The notes: generated by a model not told the origin, from the sequence alone. A DNA stretch of 63,991 nt, filler included, from Licmophora abbreviata (GCA_900291995.1; 12 parts of 12 records of this genome joined end to end with filler, not necessarily neighbours in it), one strand, 5' to 3'. Positions 1 through 11,251 are shown, counted from the first letter of the whole stretch. Translations and numbers: made by a program.

Positions 1-340
1 TTTGATTTGATTGATTCAAGATGGGGTGTGATTTCGAAACTGACAGTCTCGTGACCATGAGCGATGGTCGTGACGCGTGGCGATGTTCGCAACGACAAAC
101 ATCGCGAGTCGCCCCCTCTTATCATCATTTGTACTGCTCTCACCTCGACTACTTTGGAGAGAGTCCACAAAATTCCAAGCGGCGGGCGGGGGTGACGGAG
201 TGACGGCTGAGGACTGAAGATAGGAGCTGTACATGATTGTTTAGAATCGGAGCTCCGCCCGCTCCATCACCGCCACGTAAACCACCTATCGATATAAACT
301 GCTTGCAGGGGATCCGGTCCTGGGACACCGTAATCGGGGA

Positions 341-592
341 TTGGAAGCGTCATTTCAGGACGCCATCGCGTCATTTCTCATCTTGAAAGCGAAAGTCCAG
401 CCTTCATTGGAAGAAGTTGACCGGCTGGTTGCGGAGTTGACCATGCTCTTAGATTGCGGGCATGAAATGGAACAAGGACTATTAGACGAGATCGATAAAG
501 ACAAAGTCCACCCGATTGCAGAAGGCAATCTGATACTGTATTTTCACAAAGAAGCGACCTTGGCCCCGTCGCAACCAGCCAAGATAGTGTAG
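341..592 (+). CDS. Possible short ORF or 3' fragment of a hypothetical protein
   Basis: 83-aa ORF with a TTG start. The frame stays open back to about 281. No recognisable motif. Confidence 0.25.
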   Translation: MEASFQDAIASFLILKAKVQPSLEEVDRLVAELTMLLDCGHEMEQGLLDEIDKDKVHPIAEGNLILYFHKEATLAPSQPAKIV

Positions 593-871
593 CATCGAGG
601 AACGGTCCGGCATCAAAGATAGTTCGGTCGCTTAGTGAATCATTTGCTCGTACATTGTATGGGAGTGAATGGGCAACGATCAAGCTACTTACACACAATT
701 GACGCCATGCACGATACACAATGGTCGCTGACGGCACTCACGCGGATGTGCTGGCTACATCAGTATCGCATGTCAAAGTTAATTCAGTTTGTCGAAGTAC
801 TTCATCCTTGAAGAACCTTTGGCACTACGAATATGGTCTCTCTACAATTCATCAAAATTGTTGTTTAAGAA

Positions 872-2362
872 TTATACAGGAGGAGTAGGAGTCGTTTCCT
901 GACGACGGGCCAACGCAACGGTTCGATCGTTCCTTGCGCCTTCCCCCTCGTCGCTGTCCACAAATTCGTCGGTCGCATCCTCCTCGTCATCCTCCACACT
1001 GCTACAGCAGCTACTATCGTGCAATACATTCGTCTTGCAATCTGGACAGCTTCCCACTCGCTCTGTCAACCATGGGTATATGCAATCGTAATGATAAGCA
1101 TGACGACACCGCGGCAAGACCCGTAGCCGTTCCCCCTCCTCAAAGTCTAGTATGCAAATGGAGCACACGGTGGAAGTAGTACTTGAATTCTGCTCCTTTT
1201 GTACCCTTCGTTCGTCGTCAGGCTCGACCATTGACACATTGTCCTTCTCCACACGGCCATTTTCCTCGTCACCGCTACTAGTTTCCTCCTCGTCGGTCGC
1301 TGAAGTGCTGCCATTGCTACTTGCATCATCATCTTCATCATGATACACCAGTATTGGCAAATCCATGACTTGTTCTTTGGAAAGAACGTTCTTCTTCATT
1401 GTATCCGTAGTTTCCTGTCGCATACGTCGCGCCCTCATGAGTTCCTCCACGGAATTTCCGTCTCCATTGTCGTGCCACCACTTGAATAAGAACATGACAC
1501 AGGGCGTGGCCAGTACAAAGAGAAACATGGACAGAAAGATCGAGTACAAGACAATATGACTGCTGGTGCCATTGCCGTTGTTGAACGAGGAGCCAGCGCT
1601 GTCGTCATTCCGAGTTTCTTCCATATTATTGGAAGGAGTAATGGTGAGATTCAAGTCCCATTGGTTGTTGCCGAGAGTGTCCACATGTGGACTGCTATTT
1701 GTAACGCCGTCCTCGTCGTTTTTCTGGTCCACCGATCGTATGACACTCCGCATCGTCGTTCCGGTAGTGAGACTGACAAAGAGGAGTCCCATGTTATCCG
1801 TATTGCTCGTAGACGGAAGACTCCTGAGGATTGCAGTAGGGTTCGGAAGCGCCTGAGGATTCGTGTTGGAAGGATCGTCGCTGGCTGGATGAAAGATGAG
1901 GTATCGTATCCCCTTGGACTGTTGAAGTCGAGCGACATGCTGAATTTGGGATGCAATACTGCAGTTTGCAGACATGCTGACGAGCAGGGCAATGGGAGTC
2001 GACGAGCCTTGGCTAGCGCTCTGAGGAACGGAAGTAGAAGTAGCCGTATCGGATGGATCGCGGCAGAGGTCGAGATTGGAGTCGGGGGGAAGCATCAAGG
2101 TGACGGTGCGTCCCGCTCCGAGTACGCTGTACTCAGTGCTGGAGACCACAGCCTCGTATTGGCGTATGATTCCAGTCAGTCTCAGTTGGACAATCGCAGT
2201 CGAGCTGCCCCGCAGCCGTCTACGTTCCGTGGTTGTGACGGAAGAATCGTCTGCCGAGACACGTCCCAACAGGGCAGTCACAATGGCTACTACAAGTAGT
2301 AGTAATCGTAGTAGTAACAGGGCATTGGTAGTAGTAGTTCTGTTATGACGCCGATGCCACAT
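872..2362 (-). CDS. Membrane-anchored RING-H2 E3 ubiquitin ligase (signal peptide, PA-like lumenal region, TM, RING-H2; RMR/RNF13-like)
   Basis: N-terminal hydrophobic signal, TM segment (IVLYSIFLSMFLFVLATPCVMFLF) and RING-H2 CSIC...LPRCRHAYHYDCIYPWL...CPDC. Confidence 0.9.
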   Translation of the reverse strand: MWHRRHNRTTTTNALLLLRLLLLVVAIVTALLGRVSADDSSVTTTERRRLRGSSTAIVQLRLTGIIRQYEAVVSSTEYSVLGAGRTVTLMLPPDSNLDLCRDPSDTATSTSVPQSASQGSSTPIALLVSMSANCSIASQIQHVARLQQSKGIRYLIFHPASDDPSNTNPQALPNPTAILRSLPSTSNTDNMGLLFVSLTTGTTMRSVIRSVDQKNDEDGVTNSSPHVDTLGNNQWDLNLTITPSNNMEETRNDDSAGSSFNNGNGTSSHIVLYSIFLSMFLFVLATPCVMFLFKWWHDNGDGNSVEELMRARRMRQETTDTMKKNVLSKEQVMDLPILVYHDEDDDASSNGSTSATDEEETSSGDEENGRVEKDNVSMVEPDDERRVQKEQNSSTTSTVCSICILDFEEGERLRVLPRCRHAYHYDCIYPWLTERVGSCPDCKTNVLHDSSCCSSVEDDEEDATDEFVDSDEGEGARNDRTVALARRQETTPTPPV

Positions 2363-2866
2363 GTTCTCTTTGTTTTCGTTTTTTCGTAAGCTACCAAGCT
2401 GCTTGTCCTGAGTCGCCTCTCTCTATCTAGTTAACCGCCAACAAACTTGCTTTTACAACAGAGGTGTTCTTGTTCCTGCACTTCCAATTCACGATGTAGA
2501 CCATACTGAGTACGTGTCGGACAGCTGCCGTGCTGGTTGTGAGGGGGTCACAATTTGAAGTTTGTGAAAATCAACTTCAAACTTGAAGGTGATGTGTTTT
2601 TGTTTTTTGGGGAGTCGGCATCTATCTTGAATCTGTGTGACCAACATCTGCGGCGAACACAAGACCCGGATCTGTCATGCTTTGCGAGGTATTTTACTAC
2701 AGAGCTCGCACTGTGATGTCACAAAAAACATCCAAGCCGATGACAAAAAAGACGGCGCGATGACCATGACCAAACACACTCCTACAAACACAGCGCATCG
2801 CATCAGTATCACTATACTTTTACTCTTTCGTTTTAAAATAGTGTCCTTTCGAGAGTCAGTCGCATC

Positions 2867-3832
2867 ATGGTGAGCCTTCCAAAGAGTAGCAACAGTCGAA
2901 CGACGAAGAACAATAAGCGAGTCAAGATTTCGATTCCAGTCATCTTTGCGACCGCCTGCGGCTTTGGTATCGGTCTGATGGTGGCGATCCTTTACGCCTC
3001 TTCCTTGGATGACCATGACATTCTACTGCAACGCGAAGGCATCTCCCGTCTTCTTCCTGTCCTATCGACTGATTATACTACCGAACAACAACAACGGAAT
3101 CAACAAGATACTCCCGGCTGGCATCCAATTCATGTCTTTTATGGTGACTCCTTGGGCTTGTTTCACAAGGACACCGAAGAGTCACGGCAAGAGTGGTTCG
3201 CCCAAGTGCATCAGGATCAAGTCGTGGTAGACCTGCTCGGGAGCGATGGATACTTTGTGGATCTGGCGGCCAACGATGCCAAGGACTGGAGCAATACGCT
3301 GGCGTTGGAACGTCATCACGGCTGGAACGGACTGTGCATTGAACCCAATCCAAACTACTGGTACGGACTGTCGCATCGCAAGTGTACTGTTGTGGGAGCC
3401 TTGGTTGGGAGTAGTGTACAACAGGTCGATGTTAAGTTTCGAGGTGTCTTTGGGGGGATTGTGGGCAAAATGGATGAGAAATTGGCCAAGCGCAAGCGTG
3501 AACCCGACACTCTGGTGGAACAGCGGTATACGGCGCCCCTCACGCAAGTCTTTGAAAAGTTCCATGTCCCCACTACCATTGACTATCTCAGTTTGGATGT
3601 AGAGGGAGCAGAATTGCTCATTATGAAAGACTTTCCCTTTCATCTATACAAAATCAAAGTCTTGACGATTGAGAGACCCACGCCGCCGTTGAAACAAATA
3701 TTGGAAGCCAATGACTACGTGCACTTGAAGGATTTCGCCTGGTGGGGCGAGACGCTGTGGGCGCATAAAAGTACAGGACTGACGCCAGATCATCCCAAGA
3801 TTCAAAAGATTCCATATGAAGGCAAGAACTAA
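2867..3832 (+). CDS. FkbM-family (Methyltransf_21) SAM-dependent methyltransferase with a type II membrane anchor
   Basis: Motifs YFVDLAAND..SNT..LE..HGWNGLCIEPNP and IDYLSLDVEGAE, plus an N-terminal TM. Confidence 0.85.
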   Translation: MVSLPKSSNSRTTKNNKRVKISIPVIFATACGFGIGLMVAILYASSLDDHDILLQREGISRLLPVLSTDYTTEQQQRNQQDTPGWHPIHVFYGDSLGLFHKDTEESRQEWFAQVHQDQVVVDLLGSDGYFVDLAANDAKDWSNTLALERHHGWNGLCIEPNPNYWYGLSHRKCTVVGALVGSSVQQVDVKFRGVFGGIVGKMDEKLAKRKREPDTLVEQRYTAPLTQVFEKFHVPTTIDYLSLDVEGAELLIMKDFPFHLYKIKVLTIERPTPPLKQILEANDYVHLKDFAWWGETLWAHKSTGLTPDHPKIQKIPYEGKN

Positions 3833-4416
3833 TGGTATGATACTAGTAGTGCGTCTTGGATAATTTCTTTTTTGTTGTGGTACAGAGATAGAGAGCTACC
3901 GTATCACAACACAGGATAGCTCCAGTATAGCGAGGATAGGAAGCTAAGCATGGACCACCGGCATTCGTTTTTGCCCGTACCGAGATTATTCTCGGATGAT
4001 GCAAGTGCCATGGAGGAAGCAAATGAGTGTTGACTACCTGTACGAGTGAGGTGAATGACTGCGGTGCTTTCCCCATTCTTCATATCGATATCATACCATT
4101 AAGAGCCTTCGTATTGCGACTATGACTCCGCCATAAGAATAGGATGTCATTATGACATAATTCCTTGGGACTTTGAGGTTCTCAGTTTTACATAAGTTTT
4201 GGCATCACATCTCGCGGATCCAAGCACAAGTCGACCCTTCTTGTTTTTCTTGGGATTGCATCATCATTATCAGTCCCGCTGCCCTCTCTGACGTGCTGCC
4301 TGTGCATATCACGTCGCTGTGTATCATAAAAACTTAAGAAAGAGCACAAAAACTCGACGAAACGAGAATCACGAACGAAAACAAGATTAACACCTGCTGC
4401 CTCTCTCAATTTCGGA

Positions 4417-5928
4417 ATGACACCGACCGTTGTCTCTGCTGCCGCTGCTTCCTCGTCGCCATCTACGCATCCAATGACGAACCCCAGTTTTTCATCAACG
4501 AAACCTTCAACCTCATTATTCTTGAATGGCGCCAGCGATGGTGGCTCTCGTCCACAACGTCGACACACGTACATTGCCAGTCTCATTTTGGGAATGAAGT
4601 CGTCGCTCGAGCTCCTCGGTGCGACTCCGACCCACTCGCAGCTGGAACGATGGGCCATTTTTATTCACGAAAGCATGATGATCAGCAGTCGGAACTACCA
4701 CTCCGTACAGCATGTCTTTGATCTGGCTGAGAACCAGACCGATCCCATTCTCATACTGGGAGCCTACTTTCATGACTGCATTTACTACCATGTCGATGGA
4801 GGACTGTCGTCCGATCAAGAAGTGATATTGAAAAACGTTATTGTGCCAGAGGGATCGAGCATAGTGCTGCGAGAACGGAGGGACGACGAGGTTGAGGATA
4901 CGCTCCTTTCCATGGTGAAGTGCATCTTTGGTTTTACACAGGGACAGCCCATGCCGGAGCCTGGACTCAATGAATTCTTGTCGGCCACCATTGCGGTACG
5001 AGAACTCGAACCCGTGTTAGACCGCAAGCAACTCTCCCAGATTGCATGTTGTATTGAAGCGACGATTCCATTTCGTCCAGACTCGCCCATGGATGGCTTG
5101 TACGAGCGTATGGTGCAAGCGAATCAAAAGTACGACTTGGGCATGTCCAATGAGGAACTCGTCGAATCAGTCCAACGCGCCGCCCTGTTGGGCAATCGCG
5201 ACGTTCATAACTTTTGTACCTCCGATCGTGCATACTTTTTGGACAACACGTGGGCACTCCTGCCCGAAACGAACGAATCCTTGCGCAAGTCCTATCTCTA
5301 CACTGCCAAGGAGTTTCAACACGCCATGTTCAAAATGCACGGCTTCTTTCACTTTTTGAAACCCTCGTTGGTATTCACTTACTTTCGGGGTGTACCGACC
5401 GCCAAGGAAGTACAGGAAATGCAGTCGGAAGCGTGTCGGAATCTGGAAATCGGGAGGCAGTACATTGGTGCCAAGTTGTTGGCGCTGAGCGTTCTATCGG
5501 CCTTTGCCGAACTCACAGGAGGCGATGCACCGATGAGTCTGTTCATGGGTGACTTACCTTCTCGTCAACACACTTCCATACGACTCGAAGACATGCTCCC
5601 CACGTTGCCCTACGACAAGGTCAAGGAGAAGTGTGACAAGGACGTGTACAGTATTCTGATGGATGGACGCAAGACGGAGACGGACTTTGATATTCGACAA
5701 TCCCCACTCGCAGCGTACTTGTACGGGTACATGGGGGATGCATATGTGCAACAAGTACTAACAAATGTCAAGGTGTATCCAATGAATGAGAATACGGCCT
5801 GGAAGGTACTTCTGGCCTTGCCGCGAGAGACGGTTTGGCGGATTGCCGAAACAATGATGCAAGTGGCACTGTCGAGAGCCGACAAGATTCAAGCTGTGCT
5901 CGCTAGTTTGCCAAGACAGGAAGAATAG
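4417..5928 (+). CDS. HD-superfamily predicted metal-dependent phosphohydrolase (COG4339-like core with a long C-terminal extension)
   Basis: Intronless 503-aa ORF with motifs RNYHSVQH, AYFHDCIY, NEFLSA, IEATIPF and NRDV. Confidence 0.7.
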   Translation: MTPTVVSAAAASSSPSTHPMTNPSFSSTKPSTSLFLNGASDGGSRPQRRHTYIASLILGMKSSLELLGATPTHSQLERWAIFIHESMMISSRNYHSVQHVFDLAENQTDPILILGAYFHDCIYYHVDGGLSSDQEVILKNVIVPEGSSIVLRERRDDEVEDTLLSMVKCIFGFTQGQPMPEPGLNEFLSATIAVRELEPVLDRKQLSQIACCIEATIPFRPDSPMDGLYERMVQANQKYDLGMSNEELVESVQRAALLGNRDVHNFCTSDRAYFLDNTWALLPETNESLRKSYLYTAKEFQHAMFKMHGFFHFLKPSLVFTYFRGVPTAKEVQEMQSEACRNLEIGRQYIGAKLLALSVLSAFAELTGGDAPMSLFMGDLPSRQHTSIRLEDMLPTLPYDKVKEKCDKDVYSILMDGRKTETDFDIRQSPLAAYLYGYMGDAYVQQVLTNVKVYPMNENTAWKVLLALPRETVWRIAETMMQVALSRADKIQAVLASLPRQEE

Positions 5929-6148
5929 GAAAGTAGCAACGGATCATTTGTTGTGGTAGGTTGAGATAGATTGTAAGAGTAGCTGGTGCCAGGAACTTGA
6001 AACCTTTCTCGCAGAACAAAAGTGTAAGAGTAGCTATATGTGGTCTAACAGGATAATGTACACCTTGAAAGCACCAACGCCGCTACTTTCCTTCCTATCT
6101 GTCACTCCAGCGCCACGGTCACGCCACACCACACTCCTTGCAGCTCCC

Positions 6149-7067
6149 TTACAACTCATCATGCGCTTTTCCACATACGTGCTCAATAACTTTTGGCAAG
6201 GCATCTTGCAAACTGACCGCTGCCGTGTGCAGATTCTCCAAGAACTCATCCTGCGTCGGTCGGTTACCGTCGACAATATCCGTCACGACCTTGACACCCA
6301 AATGAGGCGCCCGATGCAAGTGTGCCGACCAAGCAATAGCTGCCGCTTCCATATCTTTCACACTCGCATCGTTCGCTTGCATGTGCACATCATCCGTCTC
6401 CGTCTTGTCGAGCGAATTTCCCGTCGTACAGACTCCAGTTTTGAAATTGTGCAGGTTGGCCAAGTTTTTGGCCGAGACGCATTCCAAGCGACCCACGCCG
6501 TAGGGGGTAAAGTCGGGAATGGGAATGCGACGATCGTGATTTGCGACAGCGGTGGTGAGAAAGACATCGCCAATGGCGGCTCCCTTGCGTTGAAAGCCTC
6601 CGCAGGTGCCGGCATTGATCAAGAGATCCGTGTCGGGGAGCTTTTGGAGAGCGAGGAAGGTGACGAGAGAGGCTGGGACAGTGCCACAGTTGTCGACGCC
6701 TGTCTCGTATACCGTGTCCTTGCCGTTGGTCACTACCGTGACATCGCAGCTCTCATAGTGGCCGGAAAAGGCGTGAAAGGGAGTTGTATCGGGAAAGAAC
6801 TCGTGGTCGCGATCGAGTTTCAAATGTTGAATGAACGGCATGGCCTCGGCTTCCATGGCAATCACAATAACGACTCTAGCGTACAAATAGAATGATTTGA
6901 GAAATAAAAATGGAGAATTAGAAACGAACAGCAGGTCTTCCTCGGCACTCTCGCTGTGTGCATCATGCTGTCGAAAGTTTGTTCCAAATCTGAGGGCGTC
7001 TTGTATGTAGTCGTACTCACTTTTCAATGGATCTCTTTTCGAGATCGTCGCTTGTCTTTTCCTCCAT
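6149..7067 (-). CDS. MTN: 5'-methylthioadenosine/S-adenosylhomocysteine nucleosidase (plant MTN-type)
   Basis: Exon 1 is 7067-7021, the GT-AG intron is 7020-6876, exon 2 is 6875-6149. Spliced product starts MEEKTSDDLEKRSIEKVVIVIAMEAEA and contains INAGTCGGF, HDRRIPIP, TGNSLD, KDMEAAA and KVVTDIVDG. Confidence 0.92.
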
Positions 7068-7262
7068 GTTACTTTGCTGGAGACGAAAACTTTGTGTGTA
7101 AGGGAGATAGGAAGGCGATAACAACAACAAAAACAGAAACGACGACCACCACAACATCATCGGAGCATTGCCGATGCAAATGGAGGATGAGGTCATCATC
7201 CGTTGATCAGAGAGACGCGCGCAGATCGCGCGACTGCGCGTCCGTCCGTATGTCGCCCAAGT

Positions 7263-7325
7263 TTTGGCGCGCCCAACACATAGTGTCAAAACTCAAAACG
7301 CGTAAGTTGCAATTCGCGCGGGAAA
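7263..7325. promoter_or_regulatory. E2F-like TTTSSCGC motifs in the MTN/HMT divergent promoter
   Basis: TTTGGCGC at 7263-7270 and GCGCGGGAAA at 7316-7325, in opposite orientations. Motif match only. Confidence 0.35.
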
Positions 7326-7569
7326 GCAAGGCTGCTTCTTGCCGTGATGCAAGGTTCGACTCTATACGATTGCACTGGAGCTTTTTGCGATGCTCCGGGA
7401 ACGACCGGGAACCCTGTTCCTAGTCTCCAATCCTACATAGATCCGGACTTGTCGACTGGAGTGTTTTAGAGAGTGAGACAAAGCATCAGTCACAATTTCA
7501 AACCTCATGTAACTTTCTCACCGTGAGTATCTGCGACAGTATCATCATCCTAGTCTTCGCCATAATATC

Positions 7570-8603
7570 ATGTCACCCAAGTACCGCCAGAATATCGCCG
7601 ATGTTCTATCCAGGGATCTCTTTGTCACCGAGGGAGGTATTGAAACCACGTTAATCTTTGATCACGGAGTCGACCTTCCCTACTTTGCCGCTCATACTTT
7701 GTTCAAGAGTGACGAGGGCACAAGGCAGCTCCGCGACGCCTACGCAGTCTATGCCAAGCTGGCCAAAACCTATCAGACTAACATCTTATTGGAAAGTCCC
7801 ACGTGGAGAGCCAGCGAGTATTGGGGTGATCAAATGGGGTATACGAAAGGGCAACTTGAGCAAGCCAATCATGATTCGATCGAGTTGATGGAAAGTATTC
7901 GTGAAGAGTTTGAGGGTGACTCCAACATGATCGTCGTCAGTGGGTGTGTGGGTCCCAAAGGGGATGGCTATGTGGTGGGAGAAGTATTGAGTGCAGACCA
8001 GGCGGAGCAGTATCACTCGCAGCAGATCGAGACACTCTCCAAAACGAACGCTGACTTGGTGTCGGCCTTGACCATGACGTACCCCCAAGAGGCAATTGGC
8101 ATTNNNNNNNNNNNNNNNNNNNNNNNNNNNNNNNNNNNNNNNNNNNNTTAATTAATTAANNNNNNNNNNNNNNNNNNNNNNNNNNNNNNNNNNNNNNNNN
8201 NNNACTCTCGAGACGGATGGCAAGTTACCAAACGGACAAACGTTGAAGAGTGCTATTGAACAGGTTGACGCTGCCACTGACAACTACCCGCTCTACTACA
8301 TGATCAATTGTGCTCACCCGACTCACTTTGAAGGCATCTTTGAGAGTCATGATGACGATGACGTTTCTGCTACAACGTGGACTAGACGCATTCAGGGCAT
8401 TCGTGCCAATGCGTCTTGCAAGAGCCATGCGGAATTGGAAGAGGCGACCGAGCTCGATGCGGGCAATCCGGTGGAGCACGGAGAACAGGCGCGCAGCTTG
8501 CATTCTAAACTGCCCCACTTGACTGTGATGGGGGGCGTGCTGCGGTACTGACCATCGTCACATTGAAGCCATCTGCAAGGAAATTACCCCATTGAAGCAG
8601 TAA
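7570..8603 (+). CDS. Homocysteine S-methyltransferase family protein (bacterial-like), split by a gap and carrying a +1 frameshift near 8537
   Basis: Motifs TEGGIETTLIF, SGCVGPKGDGY, YMINCAHPTH and RANAS.KSHAEL. Removing one base at about 8537 restores the Zn-binding GGCCGTDHRHI motif and reads to TAA at 8601-8603. Confidence 0.88.
8104..8203. other. Artificial scaffolding gap linker (N-run, TTAATTAATTAA, N-run; 100 bp)
   Basis: Identical construct at 8104, 15921, 21025, 38539, 41871, 43254, 46611, 51458, 59149, 60543 and 62684. The 12-mer gives stops in all six frames. Confidence 0.97.
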
Positions 8604-8621
8604 GAGAGAGAGAGAGAGAGA
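8604..8621. repeat. (GA)n microsatellite
   Basis: GA run immediately after the methyltransferase stop codon. Confidence 0.8.
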
Positions 8622-9000
8622 GTGTCGATACATGACAAGAGGGTCATGGTATAGAGTCACGACACCTGACGATGCGTTACGAGCTACTTGGAACGGCATA
8701 CACAATGACAAAGACGCGATCGACTGAATTCATAGAGCAATACAAATGCTGGTGTACAACTACTAAATGCTTGACATATATGATTGAGGAGCGAATGAGC
8801 TACAGACTTTCTATAACGCGATCTTCTTTTGTTCCATTATCTTGCTATCTTCACGTTAATCTATTTTCAGATGGCCATGCCTTTGTTCGATGCAATTTCT
8901 TGCACAGGATTGGCGAAATTGGGATATCCCTTCGTTCACGCTCCTGCAGATGCCTTGACAAGCGTGCGGCCCAACATCCGCTGAAAAGTTCTTTTGGTTC

Positions 9001-9546
9001 CTACCAATCCATTTGGGGAAATTGTACTGTGCTGCTTGTGCAGTTGGTCATGTTCAGCTGTTGTAGCTCTCGCTCCAACTGTGTTTGGCAGTCCATTTCA
9101 GCAAAGTACAGTTGCCTTTCCGTGTAGCCTGACACTTCCTTCAAGCGATTGAGGCGCTCTTGGAATCCAAGTTTTCGAATCCGCCTCTTCTTAGAAGCCG
9201 TCCGTGTCAATTGGTGTCGTGTAACGCTCATCACGGTGGACTCAGCATTATACTTCCAGTCGAGTGACAGTGGGAGAGTCGTAGCGGGATGGACTCCAAG
9301 GACCAGTGAGTATTCGCGTACTTGGACAGTCGAGAAAGACACTCGCTTTCGGGGCTTATCTATATCCAACAATAAGATATCATGGAATTGGGCAAAGAGG
9401 TTAAAATCGGTGGATGTCAGCGTGCGGATAGGATCGTCGACAATACCGTCTAGTAGGTCTACATCTTGGTGTTCGTCGCCAATTAGGTGATTGATTGCGA
9501 CGCGTGTCGTAGTATCGTCGGGAAGAGTATCGATCTTGTTCATCAT
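9001..9546 (-). CDS. Hypothetical protein with an RVxF-VREY-LG.HP-LDW motif (diatom-type family)
   Basis: KRVSFSTVQVREYSLVLGVHPATTLPLSLDWKY followed by ERLNRLKEVSGYT. Confidence 0.65.
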   Translation of the reverse strand: MMNKIDTLPDDTTTRVAINHLIGDEHQDVDLLDGIVDDPIRTLTSTDFNLFAQFHDILLLDIDKPRKRVSFSTVQVREYSLVLGVHPATTLPLSLDWKYNAESTVMSVTRHQLTRTASKKRRIRKLGFQERLNRLKEVSGYTERQLYFAEMDCQTQLERELQQLNMTNCTSSTVQFPQMDW

Positions 9547-9991
9547 CGCTCATATAGTCTTCTACCATTGGAAGTGTGGTTGTGGACTTTGTGAGAAGGG
9601 TGTATGAGATTGGCAAGACTCCAAGGGACCCTTGATGCCGACGTGGTCTTGGCATGGTCGTGCCCTCCAACAGTCGGCGTCCTTTGTTGATTGCACGACC
9701 CGCAAAATGTGGCGGGAAAAAGTCACTCCAACCGCGACTTGCGAGAAATGTCATTCAATGATGACTCAATGTAAATGCAAACCGTCATATGAGACAAGAA
9801 ATGACCAAAGTTAGTGCGTCGTCCGCAATTTGAAATTCGCACGCCACAGAAAAAGAGTGATGCACCACACAGGTGATGCAGTTACAGTCCAACCTTTTGT
9901 TCCAGTTTGACTCTGTTGTGTCTCCGTTTTGTGGGATCTGGGGCAGTCTAGGTGTCAATTGTGACCAATACATTGCTATCGATCATCCAGA

Positions 9992-11192
9992 ATGTCTGAA
10001 AAATCTAAATCTTCTGCCAAGGCGCCACCGTCCGACGCCTTTATGAAACTCATGGCGCCCGACGGCTACTACACCTATCTCGGTATCGACAAGCTAAAAC
10101 TCGATGGAAGTTCACACCATGGAGATTCCTCACCACCGTCTCTTGACGAAGATCTTGTTAGGAAGAATTATAGGAGACTGTCGCTCAAGCATCATCCCGA
10201 CCGGCCTGGAGGAGACAGCGAAACTTTTCATGCTCTGAATCGGGCACACAAGGTGTTGCTGCATCCAAAGCTGCGGGAACAGTACGATTTACTTGGTCTA
10301 GATCTTGACGATGTCGAAGACGAACATGCACAAGAAGACGTGGATAAGAATGACAATACTAAGCAGGATGGTGAGCATAGTGAGGGACCTACGACTGCCG
10401 AATCCATAATTTCGCACATTTTCAGTGCCGCGCTACTTGCCATTATGCAGCTCGGTGTTCGAACCGGTGAGTCTGACTGTCATGAATGCTTTCTCTCTCG
10501 TTTTCGATGTGTCATGTTGTATTGACCTGCTGCCCCCATTGTCCATGCCCACTGAAAAGTGATGATGGGGACGGTCTCGGTGTTTATTTGTCGATATCGA
10601 TGGACGGTGTTTCCCGCGCTCTGCTTTCTCGCCTTCATTGCGTTTCGCATGTACACCATGGCATCCAGCACACCTGGATCATCCAAATTGGACTTACTGT
10701 CGCCCATGAGCATAGCGGCTGGACTATTTTTAATGTACCAAGGACGATCGCCTCCGGATGTTACTTGGACATACAAGTTCTGGGCTGGTACGTCTGACCT
10801 TCTGTGAAGTATTGCATGTTGGCCGTGTCGCCAAAGATGCAATTTCTCATTGTGTTCACTTCTTCTCCTTTCACCGTACACTTCTCCTTGTAGGCGAGGC
10901 GGTGGTCATGACCATGTTTGGTTTCAATTCGTTCTCTACGAAAGCTCCAATGGTTGCGTTGGTCGGCATTTTCGTTGCTGCATTATTGGCGACGTTGTGG
11001 TTGCGAGGCAGTTTCTGGAGGTATGCGACGATACTCGGACTAGAAGGCTTTCTGGCCATTGTGGTCGCATTGGCGTTCCCGCTGATGGAGATGGTGCTGG
11101 AGGAGATTATCAAAGACAAGCTGAGAAAGGTGGGCGAGCAGGTGCGGGCGCACGCGAAACGAACTGAGGAGTACTACGCGGCAAAGCGGTGA
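9992..11192 (+). CDS. DnaJ-domain multi-pass membrane protein
   Basis: J-domain YRRLSLKHHPDRPGG...REQYD. In-frame GT-AG introns at 10467-10559 and 10788-10893. Several TM helices in the C-terminal part. Confidence 0.85.
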
Positions 11193-11251
11193 GGTGGGCA
11201 ACAATTGGTAGTTTTGCGGAGTGGGTTGAGTGGGTCTAGAATAGCATTCCC

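Noticed and set aside
6876..7027. ORF-track N-terminus MKSEYDYI... of the nucleosidase
   Set aside because: It is read-through of an intron with clear GTGAGT and CTAG boundaries. The spliced model fits the family better.
8537..8551. Homocysteine methyltransferase as a pseudogene
   Set aside because: All other motifs are intact and a single base restores GGCCG. An error is more likely than decay.
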